64,000 nucleotides of DNA from Macrostomum lignano (Eukaryota): the NCBI GenBank assembly GCA_002269645.1, contig NIVC01003907.1, positions 1 to 64,000 of the forward strand, given 5' to 3'. Shown here one piece after another: positions 35,299 to 47,927 of this stretch. Both the position numbers and the translations under genes were made by a program. Each line of letters starts with the position of its first letter. Within the stretch, counting starts at the first letter, position 1. The notes under the pieces were generated by a model, which made no database searches, was not told where the DNA came from, and worked only from the letters and a program-made list of their open reading frames with translations.

Positions 35299-35997
35299 AG
35301 TAGAATGCATGAGGGGGCTTCTGGGACAAAATTTTTCACGTCCTCCATAATCCCATTAAATCCATCCATATTATTATGAAATTTTTTTTCAAAGGGTAAG
35401 GACCCTGGGTTAGGGGATTTAAAGTTTTAGGGATGTGGTAGCACGTTGCGGATTGAATGTGGGGAGAAGAATGCAGATTATTTTCTGATTGTTTCGAAGA
35501 TGCTATGGGTGGATGTCAGTGGATTATGTAGGACACCTGTTATGCTCTGATTCTGTCATGGAGGAAGGAGGATTAGTTAGGAGGATTATAGATGACGTTT
35601 TGTGAGCGAGTAGGACACCTGTTATGCTCTGATTCAGGGATAATATGGATGGATTTAATGGGATTATGTTCGAAGTTTTCGGAGCAAGTAGGACACCTGT
35701 TATGCTCTGATTCTGTCGGGAACAATATGGATGGATTTAATGGGATTATGGAGGACGTTTTGTGAGCGAGTGCGACCCCCCCCCCGTTTTTTTCTGATTC
35801 TGTCAGGGATAATATGGATGGATTTAGGATTATGTTCGAAGTTTTCGAACTTCGAACTTCGAACATAATCCTCGAAAGGGGGGAGCAAGTGCGACCCCCC
35901 TTTTTTCTGATTCTGTCGGGGATAATATGGATGGATTTAATGGGATTATGGAGGACGTGAAAAATTTTGTCCCAGAAGCCCCCTCATGCATTCTACT
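35299..35997. mobile_element. MITE/foldback element with ~73-bp terminal inverted repeats and internal repeats
   Basis: AGTAGAATGCATGAGGGGGCTTCTGGGACAAAATTTTTCACGTCCTCCATAATCCCATTAAATCCATCCATATT at 35299 is inverted at ~35925-35997. No clear TSD. Confidence 0.75.
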
Positions 35998-36680
35998 CCC
36001 CTAGTCTATATTTTTATACATTGTTATCCAGACACACAAGATCTGCTTGACTGAGTATTTGACTGAGACTACTGTGCATTGAACTACCAACACAACTGAA
36101 CCTTCGAAATGCAACTCAAATAATATAAAACCCCACGTTCAAGTGTGTCACGTCAAATCGGTAACGAATTTGCGAGAATTTTCTACTTGAGCAGCATGTC
36201 TGAATGCAAATGAATGAACATTCAAGAGTCTGAGACTTGACTTTATCGTCTTAACAGGTGTTGGACAGCTAAACTTGTCGAGTTTGTAATTGCGTGTAAC
36301 GATGGAGAGGAAAAAGCCAGTTTATTTACCGGCAATATGCAATAAACAAAAGGATAGATTCTAGTTTTGGTTGAAGATCGCGTAGCTACGTGCGTAATCC
36401 CACTGGAGGATTTCCAAGAAACAGTCGAGCAAGCAAATGACAAAACCCAGTCAGAAAGGAGAAACTGAAAATCAGGCACTCATTGTGCGTAGTACTGGAT
36501 AAACCTCATCGACAGACCTGTGTAAAACCTGATTACGTGCTCTGCTCTGAGTTTGACGATGACGTCTACAAAATATAATCCAATAAGTAAACTGTAAGTG
36601 AAAAAAACTTGACACGAATATTTATAAGTCCATAAAGTCGATTAACATCGACAGAATTAACTTTTGCAAACTTTGTTGCC

Positions 36681-37701
36681 TCAAAGGATGAGCATTTCGA
36701 TCTCTTTTAGCGAGTAGTACGGACCGAACGGCGACTTCCAGATCACACCTTGAGCGCGCGGGCCACCAATGGCTGACGAGAAATCGCGGTACTGTCCGTT
36801 CGGGTGCGTGTTGTGGCAGTCAGCGAACCACCAGGCTCCGAAGTAGCGCGAGCCGCAGTTGTCGGAGTGAACGTCGTGGTCGGCGTCCTTGGTGGTGAAC
36901 TGGAAGTCGTTGCTTCTGGCCAGCGAGTCGCCGATGCCGGCGCTGCCGGAGAAGCCGGACACGCTCAGCCGGTAGTTGTCAGATTCGGGACCCACGGAGA
37001 AGCTGGAGTACTCAGCCCAGTGCTCAGAGTCGTTCCAGGCCTTCATCAGAATCCTCAGCTTCCGAGGACCAGAAGCAGTGAGATCGTGAAGAGTGTTTAG
37101 ACCTACATTGAGAAAGATAAATAAAATCATTATGATGTCACTTAGCTAAAAATTGCAGACAAAGAAGCAATGCCAATAAAAATCTTATAGAACCATACAA
37201 ATGGTTACCTATCCAGTAGTTTCCGTCGGGTCCCTCGCCGAACTCGCTCTGGTACTGAGTCCAGCCGCGGTAAAAGTCCACTGAGCCGGACACCCTGTGC
37301 TGCACGGTGGTCCAGCAGTCACTGCTGATGGTCTGAAAGGGGAAAAACTATAAAAGTCAAAATTAAAATTTGACTCCATACGAGAGCACAGTGAGAAGAC
37401 TTACATTTCGATTCAGCCACACTATTTCAGCCCCACTGTTTACATCGCGGCACTTCCTGAAGCTGCTCAGGCATCGGTAGTGAGTGCACTGGCGAGAGCT
37501 GGAGTTGAATGCCACCAGCTGCACTGCAGAGTCGTGGCTTGCAGTACCAGTACATTGGATCTTGGACTGAGCCGTGACCGACCTTAGTGACTCATAGTTA
37601 GAGAGGCGGTCACAGCTTGACCACCAGCTTGTCAACAAAGCATCGCTGAATGTCAGCGAAGTTTCTGCAGCCAGCAGCAGTAAGCAAGTCAAGTAGTTCA
37701 T
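36681..37701 (-). CDS. Secreted fibrinogen-related protein 3; exons 37701-37405, 37332-37209, 37102-36681
   Basis: Same three-exon structure. Most divergent exon 1; exon 3 nearly identical to copy 4. Confidence 0.9.
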
Positions 37702-38699
37702 TGGAGATATTGTATCTTTGTCTGAATTTTGGCGAAAGACAGTGGCATGCAGAATAAGAATCAGAAAGCCGTAAGTATTAAGTAACAGTGCACTAACGAC
37801 TATGATGCCTCAGCTACTTCACCAAACGAATGAAAAGCCTTTGTCTTGGCACAACTTACGTTTTATGAAAACTCTTTGCTTACGTAGTAGGCTTATAGCA
37901 GGTTCCGATTAAGCTTCCCATGTGTCAGGGTGGCTTCCTCGCAGGGCCTCATTAGTTTTATAACTTTCCCGCCCAAAGCAGACAGATGCGTGGTCTTTTT
38001 TGACGGAGGTGATGCTGCTGGAAGATGCAGGGTTAGGAGGCTTTAGCTAGAGCCCATTAAGGTAGACTTTGGGTATAGAAAAGCTAAAGAAACTGTCATT
38101 TGAAACTCACTCAGTTTTTTACTGCCACAGAAGCACCGAAATTCTGCGGCAGTAGCTAATTGGCAATTGCGCATTAATTTTTAACGGCACGAGCAGAGTG
38201 GCTGCATGCGATGCTGTTGAATTACCTCAAAAATACAACGAGGTACTTTCAAGAGCTTCCATGTGCTCTTTCTCAGCATCCATCATACTTCGTAGTTGAA
38301 ACATTGGGATGCATGATGAACTTAGTGCGGCAATGTCAAGAAAAAACTACAATTTTCCCAAAGAGATCCCAAAGCTCATTAGTGACATGAACGCAGGGGT
38401 AGTGCAGAGTCTTTAACAGCCGCTGGAATTCTTGGATGAAGGCTCGCATTTGTTCCACGGCCTGTGCTGAGTACCCCCCGCGCCTTGCCGCTGTGTCCCT
38501 TCCGGGACAGCCCTGCAGCTAAGAGGCTGAGTAGCTTTATGTCGCGCCGATGTTCCATGGGTTCGATTCGGCAATGTGCAGGCTGCATTGGTTCGGATTT
38601 AATGAACGGACGAGGATATAGAGGTGTACAGAAGACCTGTGATTGCTGTTGATTTTAAGCGCGCTCCATTTATGCTGTCGGGGTCAATACTTTGATCGA

Positions 38700-38965
38700 G
38701 TAAGGACTAGTTGGCAGGTAAAGGCTGGGCCTCTTGCTTGTCGGAGGAAGGACTAGTTGGCAGGTAAGTGCTGAGCCTCTTGCTAGTCGGAGGAAGGTCT
38801 AGTTGGCAGGTAAGTGCTGAGCCTCTTGCTAGTCGGAGGAAGGTCTAGTTGGCAGGTAAGTGCTGAGCCTCTTGCTAGTCGGAGGAAGGTCTAGTTGGCA
38901 GGTAAGTGCTGAGCCTCTTGCTAGTCGGAGGAAGGACTAGTTGGCAGGTAAGTGCTGAGCCTCTT
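38700..38965. repeat. 46-bp minisatellite, ~5-6 copies
   Basis: CAGGTAAGTGCTGAGCCTCTTGCTAGTCGGAGGAAGGTCTAGTTGG; period 46 (38761, 38807). Confidence 0.9.
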
Positions 38966-39174
38966 TCTAGTCGGAAACGCGATTTCGAGACAGCTGGTTT
39001 GGTGAGCCAGTTCGCACAGGCTTGTAGATTAGCCTATCTCCGGATCAGCTTATTTATACCTTTACAGATTCTCCCTGTTTGTCTCTCGCTGTTCTCTCTG
39101 AGCTATAAAACCCAGATGCTCGCCGCGACGATATCGAAACGTAAACTGTACACAGGGCTAATAAGCCCTCTCGA

Positions 39175-39176
<2 letters not shown>

Positions 39177-39226
<50 letters not shown>
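39177..39226. repeat. (AT)25 microsatellite
   Basis: Directly visible. Confidence 0.95.
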
Positions 39227-39228
<2 letters not shown>

Positions 39229-39663
39229 CAGTCAGTCAGAATCAGCCAGCGTGGAGGGGGGTGGGTGAGATGGGCCTGGGCTAAATCAGCGTACATAGCG
39301 AACTATATAAAGCACGTTCATTAAATCACGCAATGCAAGGAAAATCAATACATTAATAGTCTACCTCCGAAACACTGATCATCTGACAGGAGTGGGAGGC
39401 CAGAGTATTATGTGATTGATCTGTATGCTTTCAGGCCCGGCAAGCCTCTCATCAAGTTGAAGCCTTCAGAATTTAGGCTATACGAGTGTGTTAGAGGGAA
39501 GGAAAATAATCTTCTTACTCTATAATTTTGAAGCCAACTAACAATAAAACACTAACTACCAAATTTAGTCAAGTTCTATTCAAATAGTAATAGCCTTATT
39601 TAACCATTACCGATTCATTGTTTATCATAGTCTCATAGAACAAGCAACAGCAGATCTGTTTCT

Positions 39664-40696
39664 TTAGAGAACAAGCATTTCGATCTCTTTCAGCGAGTAG
39701 TACGGACCGAACGGCGACTTCCAGATTATACCCTGGGCCCTCGGGCCATCAATGGCTGACGAGAAATCGCGGTACTGTCCGTTCGGGTGCGTGTTGTGGC
39801 AGTCAGCGAACCACCAGGCTCCGAAGTAGCGCGAGCCGCAGTTGTCGGAGTGAACGTCGTGGTCGGCGTCCTTGGTGGTGAACTGGAAGTCGTTGCTTCT
39901 GGCCAGCGAGTCGCCGATGCCGGCGCTGCCGGAGAAGCCGGACACGCTCAGCCGGTAGTTGTCAGACTCGGGACCCACGGAGAAGCTGGAGTACTCAGCC
40001 CAGTGCTCAGAGTCGTTCCACGCCTTCATCAGAATCCTCAGCTTCCGAGGACCAGAAGCAGTGAGATCGTGGAGAGAGTTCAGGCCTGAGATGGAAATGT
40101 GAAGATTAACACGAAGCGGAATACTAGCTAAACAAAGGCATGTAATGTAGCATGTAAATTTATATTTTTTTTAAGTTCAAAGCTACCGATCCAGTAGTTT
40201 CCGTCGGGTCCCTCGCCGAACTCGCTCTGGTACTGAGTCCAGCCGCGGTAAAAGTCCACTGAGCCGGACACCCTGTGCTGCACGGTGATGCAGCAGTCAC
40301 TGCCGGCTGTCTGCAATGTAAAAAGATTTTTTGGAAAAGTGCCAATTCAGACTATGTTAATGCAAATTCTGCTGACACAGGACTCACCCACACTCGCTGA
40401 GCTCCCTTGTTCGCATTGCGGCACTTCCTGCAGTGTCTCAGGTCCAGGCGACACCTGAAGTGAGCGCACAGGCCGGAGCTGGCGTTGAACGCCACCAGCT
40501 GCACAGCGGAGTCACTTCTGGCAGCGGCAGTGCACTGGATTTCAGAAGAAACTTTCAGCGACCTCAAGGCCTCATAGTCAAAGAAGCTGTCGCGGCTTGA
40601 GCTCCACTTTCTTTCGGACGACCCGGCGTGGATTTCAAAGTACTGGATTGAAAGAATCAGAACACAGATGATATGCTTGATTTCGATAGAATCCAT
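39664..40696 (-). CDS. Secreted fibrinogen-related protein 4; exons 40696-40388, 40310-40187, 40085-39664
   Basis: Same structure. Conserved W replaced in [10 protein letters not shown]. Confidence 0.9.
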
Positions 40697-43600
40697 CGGC
40701 AGTAACTCTTAGAGTTGAAGAAGTGAGACCTCGTGATTTCGGCCTGCTTAGTCTTGGGGTAGGTTAGTCTCCAGGGTGCTTTTTTATGCAAAAAATGTCA
40801 TAAATAGTTGTTTAAGTATAAAGCGAACGTTATCGATCGAACTGCAACTAATGGACGTTTTTAAATGCCTGTTTTTATCAAAGCTTCAGTTTCTATGCAA
40901 CAATGCAAAGATTTTACTGACATTGCGAAGATACGCAGAATAAAGGTAAAACCCCATCGTCAACGGCCTGATGGGAGATATTTACGCGATTACGCGATTT
41001 TTACTGTTGTAAAAGTGACATCTCTAAAATCGATATGCTGCTTTTAGCTTTTTCAAAGCTCTGCCCAAGGTCCGACTGGGGTGAACTGTAGCTAGCGCTC
41101 CAGCTGGTTTGAACAATGAGTATGCATAGCAACAAGACGGGCCACTCAGCATTGAATGAATAAATGCCTATGGGCTATGGCACTACTCTTAAATCTAGTA
41201 GCAGGCTCACTTAAAAAATGCGTAAAGGGTCGTAGGTAGTCCAGACGGCAGATTCTATATAATCTAGATGTGTCCCTCCATCTTTCGCTAATGTATTTAT
41301 AGGCTGCCACTGAGGCCCCGAAAACCCCGCCGGTGATTGGGCCACAGACACTAGGGGTACTGCTAATGCTTGAGAGAAGCAGAAGCTTTAGTTTATGGTC
41401 TTAACCCCGGGGTTTTCGCGCCAGGCGGCTGGAATGGCACATCTCAGATAATATACATGTAGAATCTGTAATCGAGACTGGGTATTTGCTGTCTATGGTC
41501 TTAAAATCGGTATGCATATACATGTACGTGTTACGTCTGGTGCATTTGAATAGAAGCTTACAAAACACTGTTGCGGAAAATCTTCGAGTCATGAACAGAC
41601 CCAGACCACTGCGCAGCTGTAAGCTCAGAAAGCTGTATCTATCATCACAGACACTAGGGGGACATTAATCGAATGGTACCCCTAGTTTCGTCTATATTGT
41701 AGACCGGGCTGGTTTTGCGATGCTGCCTACCAAATCTGAGTATATGAGCGTATTGCGGGCTAGCTTTTAAAGACCGCAGACTCCATAGACAGAGCTTTCT
41801 GCTGTTGCGTTGAATACAAATTGTTTTTCTTCACACTAAGCTAGACCACAAACAATCAAGGTTGAAATCCTATACATAAAAGTAGATTATAAGACCATAT
41901 GGACATCACGATGGACATCTCTACCTCATTTTGAAACTAATAATAGACAAGCATGCGCTTCAAATTGGACACCCAGGCTTTAATCTAAAGCCACTTCTCC
42001 CCATACGAGTAATTTTCAAAGGCTATAGATCCTGTACCTAGTACCTAGTGGCTAGACTCAACGCGGTTTTTTGATAAATAAAATTTTCTGATGCATGCGT
42101 ATGCAAGTAGTGTGTGCAAGCTTTCTTCTTAGCCTACACTAATTCTTTTGGGATCAATAACATATTTTTTTATGAAAACATCAGATTTGACGGTTTTGCT
42201 TCTCACTTAAACTATTTGCATTTAGTTAGTTATGATTTAGCGCCGCTTTCGGTGCTTGATATCTAAAAGAGGCATTTTTTGCAAGCTTGTTCCAAATTTA
42301 TAAATAAAGTTCCGTCGTCAAGCGTCCGTCTGAAAGGTCGCACGGTGTAAAGGGTTTTGGGGTCTGGAGTTCAGCCAAAGTACATTTTTAGAGGCTTGTT
42401 CGATTCACACCCATCAGATCAAGTTACCATGTCACAGATATAGTGTGTAGGAGAAAGAGTGTGAGTAGAAAGTCAGGGCCAATGTACGCCATGTGTGAGC
42501 GTGTGCATGAGTGCATGTATCCGCGTGCTTGCCTCAGAATCGCCAGAATGGCAATTAATCAGCAAATTTTTGTCCAACATGTAGAACCATCCTGCGAATA
42601 TTTATTATCTTATCTATTCGAACCCGTTTGATGGAAATCTACAGCATCTCATTCAGACATTCAATCAGCTGCATTTTCCAGGACCGAGTCTGAACATCCG
42701 CCATGTTCTCCGTGGCCCCTTTTTGATGCTGTACTCGTAACCATCAGTCATCATCGTCTTCAAGTTTGGTCAAACTCAGTTTAAAGGAACTGCGAGTTTA
42801 GTAAAAAAACAAATTTGATCATTGAAGTTTTCTAGTTTTCCTTTGTCTACGCAAATTAAAGCCAACTACATATATTCAACAATATTAATATCCATGGACC
42901 GACGTATGGACCAACATGGAAAACTTTTTAATTTCAAATTCTATTCAGATTTTTTTATTTAAAACTGTGCAATAAAAGTAAAATTGTTTATAACAAAATA
43001 CTATGCATTTTTAGCATAGCCTAGAGTATAACTTGACTACTTGCTTTATGCAGTAAAGTAATTTAAAATTTATAAAAATTATATTAAGTTGTTTGCACGT
43101 GATTTTGACTCTTCGTGTATTTTTCAGACAATTAATTCTACTACTACTTTTTAGTCGTCCGTCCCGATTAGGGCCTATAAAAATCATCGTCGGCACTTTA
43201 AGGCTTTTCATATAACCAATTCCAGAACCAGAATCGGTTCGGATCTTCCAAAAAAACAGCAGTAGAAGTATTTAATTCTGTTGAATGTTTGACTGCCTTA
43301 ACAACCTCACTTAGCACAATTTTTCTTTTTCTTCCTGGCGATTGTCATTCAATAATAAAAACTTTATAGCATTTATCTCCCTCTAGTTAAGTTATGGAGA
43401 CAAACAGTTATACTTCACAAATTGGTTCTGGTTTAGGAACCAGAAGCAATATGAAAAGGCCCTTTGTGTCCTTAGTACTAAGTACCTTAGTCGGCCTGCC
43501 CTTAGTCTATTTATATAGGGCCTAATTAAATTCTTAATTGATAATGTAATAATATGAATTTAGCATAAATAAAATTTTATATTGAGCCGCTTAAGCAGCA

Positions 43601-44599
43601 TCTTAAATAATGTGGAATCAGAATGACAGAAATAGCTGGCGCCTTGCAAGTTGCCATTCCATTTCTAGGTGTCTAGTGTATTAAGAGTGAGACTATGGAC
43701 TTATTTACCCTTTTAACTTAGAAAATACACAAATTATTTAATAATTATTAATAAACAATAAATACTTATATTTAAGTTGCAGCTTAATATCTAATTAATA
43801 TTTATTAATATTGCCCATTATTAATATTGCCCATTATTAGGCCTAGCCCTTGCCTAGCCCTGGCCTAGGACCTAGGTCTAATATTAAGCCAAGGCCTAGC
43901 TAGGCCTATAATAGTTGTCTTATGTCTATATAAAATGTTGTGATTTAAACTTATTTTCAATTATGCATGGCTAAATGCTCATCGCCTAATGCTCATTGAG
44001 GCCCTAGATAAATCACAATCAAAATATTATGCTTAAGTGCAAACTAGGTATTTACTTGTAGTAGGAAAATAAACGTCAACAAAAACATAAAGAGTAAACT
44101 TTGTTTAATTCTAGCCAACGTGTTTCATCAAACACAAGAGCAGAGCCATGCCTATTTATTATTTTTTCTCTTTTTCACTTTGTTGTGTACTTGGCACTTT
44201 CTTAATTCTACTGGACTGTTTTGACCTACCTCTGGACTATACAGTGATTTTTGCTTAAATATATTGGTGGTGTGATCTTAGGTTGATTGAATTTGCCTTG
44301 ACGATGTCTTGTGTATGACGAAACACTTTGGCTAGAATTAAACAAAGTTTACTTTTTATGTTTTTTGTTGACTTTTTTTCCTACTATTTGTTAGACAAGC
44401 TACACTTCCAGATATTTACTTGGCTATTTCTGTGGCTATAGGTCAAAATCACAAAATGATGACAAATCAAAAAGACAATAGGCCTAGTCAAAAGGGCAAT
44501 GCAACAGTCTAAAAAGTGACAGTCACAATAATATAGGCCTAATGAACAATAATATGTTTATTATAATTACAAGTTCATGTTACATATTAGACTTCTATA

Positions 44600-45650
44600 T
44601 ATAGTTAGGTGGCTATATATATATCTTGGTCATGGCACATGAGTCATGACCAAGATGGCCACACCAAGATTACCATAGCTTTAAATATTTAAATCAATAA
44701 TTATAAGCCTAGGTCTTTATATTTCACTTATTTCTTAGTGATAGTATTTTATATTAAGTATAGATCTTCAAGTCTTAAAAAGATAGATACTGTAGGGTAG
44801 CCCATATAACATGCCTGATTAATAACATTAATAACTTTTGTCATTTGCAACCAATGCTGACAAAATTTTACAACGTTGCCACATGTTTAGTATAGCATTA
44901 TATTTGCAAAATTTACACATGCAAGCAAGCACTCATACACATATAAAAGGAGGTCCTAAGTTGAATTTCAAAAAAGCAAGCTGCAAGCATGCGCTGCATT
45001 CACTATGCTTTCTATATGTGAGTGTATTTTAGTGTGCATAAATTTTGCAAATATAGCCTAATGCTATACTTGTTGCAATGTTGTGTTAATATTTTGTCAA
45101 CATTGGTTGTGAATAATTAAAAGTTATTAATGTTTTACTTTAAATCAGGCGCATTATATGGGCCACCTATATAATAGAACTATATTATATAATAGGCCTA
45201 ATCATTCCTTTTGGCTTCCATTTTATTGTAACCTGACTAATAGATATTTATCCACTAAATAAAGCAAGTATATAGCCTAATACAAAATAAAAACATTGCT
45301 GCCAGATATTTATCCCATTTTTATGATAACCACTAGCAATGGTTTCTTGATAAACTAATAGTGACAGATCAGATAGATGTAGGCTCTAATGATAGAGAAT
45401 AAATTGGCACAAACATAGAAAAGATTAAAGTTTTTGTATTATAGGTAATTAGTTTCAAATCTATTATTTGTTTCACTATTTATGAATATGACTGATTAAA
45501 CATTTTACATAATAATTAATATAATAATAGCTATTAAGTTTCTAATTAATGGTAAAAAGAGAGTAGATGTAATAGAGATTCAATATTGTGGCTATCTTGA
45601 TATGTGGCCATCTTGGTCTTACAATATGAGAAGTCCTAGATGTTAAAATG
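44600..45650. repeat. Decayed long inverted repeat (foldback) centred near 44980
   Basis: 44790-44945 aligns imperfectly with the reverse complement of 45011-45170 (CCCATATAA..GCCTGATT..AACATTAATAACTTTT..CAACCAATG.TGACAAAAT..GTATAGCATT..TATTTGCAAAATTT). Outer match GACCAAGATGGCCACA / TGTGGCCATCTTGGTC. Confidence 0.65.
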
Positions 45651-47028
45651 TATTTGTTGAAAATGAGTGAATAATTTAAATTAGGCCTAGACTAAGGCCT
45701 ATTTAAATATATTTGTTAAATGTGTTAAAATGTATAAATAAGCCTATCCAATATAGAATATGTTAGAATATGTATAATAATAATTTAGACATAGGGATTC
45801 AAGTTAAAAAAACATTTTAAATGCTTAATTTTGATACTTTCACTGTTTGACTATTTCAATATTTTAAGTAAACTTGTTTTGTCAATATACTAAAAGCTTG
45901 ATCAAGTGCTTGACTCTACAAAAGTACAAGTACAAATACTTGTACCAATACAAAAAATGCTAAAATACAATAAAAAATCAATGAAATTTGTTGCACTTAA
46001 TTTATTTGAAACATGTTTTTATTTATTAAAGATTATGAATAATATTCAAAAAAGTTTCAAAACTAAAATATGACTTTTGTTTTGTATATTTAACTTTTTA
46101 AAATTATTTGCTATATTTAAATATTTTTTGTTAGTTTGCTATCATAGATCTGGAAAAGCTGCCTAGTATAACAAATATGTTTATTACTAATCTAATACAA
46201 AGTATGTATTGATTATGTATAATAATTTTTTGCTAGAAGTATTTACAATTTTTGTTTTTATTGTACAGCAAAACCATTGAAATGATACAAAATCTATATA
46301 TAAATTTTACAATGTTAGTCTGTTTGTATGTCTATAATGTTTTAAGAACTTTTGTACCAATTTTTTAAAACTAGCTTTATAAATGTAATTCTTCAGTGGT
46401 CATGCATAAGATTTTTTATGAAACTTTCAAATTGAAAGTATGACAAATATTTGAAAAATGTTTTTAATACCTTTCAGTGGGTGCTCCATTTGAATTTTGT
46501 TCCTTATTGTGCACACTGTGTTGTACAAAGCACCTGGCTTTGTTTAGTTCAGCCATTTACATCTCTCCTTGACTAATGTATACTGTAGAATGTATATTTA
46601 TTAACAAAAGCTAATAAGTTTTTTTACCTTTTGCTTAGGCTTGTAGTTTGTGGTATTGATTGAGTTTTATTGTTTACCAGTCAGATAGACAATAAAGACA
46701 GGGGGTTCTAAAACTGGCCTGAAATGCAATGCACAGACAAAACAAGCCTTTTTCATCCCCTTAAACTGCTCTAGTATTGTTTGTATTATTTTGCAACACA
46801 GAAGGCAGCACAGTTGCAGATGGGGGCAATAATGAGCCCAATTAATTCAGACTCAAAATAATGAAAAAACAATGAAAAATTCAGATTGGAAGTCAATCAA
46901 ATATGAAATATGATGTTTTTTAATGCTTTCAACCTGTTTCAGGTATTTTCAAACCATGTGATGTGAGCTTTGGCCAAGCTTTTGCTGCTGGCTATCTGGA
47001 GCAAACAACTTTCATCCTACACTGAAAG

Positions 47029-47690
47029 ATGGAGAAGCATCACAGAATTTCATTTCGAAGGGATGTAAATTTTACACTTGAGAGCTGCTTATTGCCTCTG
47101 CAGCAGGTGAGTCGGCGACGGGGTGTACATTGTTCAACTTTCATTGATTCCAGGCATCGTTTATTTGACCTTATCTGACCTCCGCCATTCAAGCACGAGG
47201 ACAAGAAAGAGATTGACCTGTCCGCCATTGTTCAACGCCTGACTGACGCCCCTTTGGAGCCGGGGCTGTTCGCCAAGTACCTCAGCCACCAGCTGAACCT
47301 GCTGGCCAGGAGGCTGCGGCTTCGATTGGAGAGCCCGGGCATCGGCGCCCAGTTCACCCTCACCAGGCCTGATGGCGCCTTCGCTTTCCGGATTGTGCTG
47401 GACAGCTTGAAGGGCGCCGTCTGCCAGGTTGACGTCTGCCCCGGAGATAAATGCATTGTGAGTGCGGCCTGTGCTGCCCATCTCTGACAGCTCTGGTGTT
47501 CGCTGGGGTACACTGTGATTTTTAGGCCTTGTGAAACTGGATGCTTAAAACTTAGGCTATGAGAAATTCAGGCCTTGTGAAACTGGATGCTTGAAACTTA
47601 GGCTATGAGAAATTCAGGTCTTGTGAAACTGGATGCTTGAAACTTAGGCTATGAGAAATTCAGGCCTTGTGAAACTCCCCGTATTCGCTG

Positions 47691-47723
<33 letters not shown>

Positions 47724-47726
47724 TGG

Positions 47727-47767
<41 letters not shown>

Positions 47768-47842
47768 TGGTGTCTGTCTGTCTGTATTGGTGTCTGTCTG
47801 TCTGTCTTGGTGTCTGTCTGTCTGTCTGTCTGTCTGTATTGG

Positions 47843-47883
<41 letters not shown>

Positions 47884-47886
47884 TGG

Positions 47887-47927
<41 letters not shown>

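Noticed and set aside
38330-38652. Coding-looking minus-strand stretch (AQAVEQMRAFIQEFQRLLKTLHYPCVH) and a GGTTCGATTC box
   Set aside because: No recognisable domain, splice partners or A-box.
42250-42790. Possible MULE/FLYWCH transposase remnant on minus (DGYEYSIKK..RTW; DDGTL)
   Set aside because: The motifs are too short and interrupted by stops to support a call.
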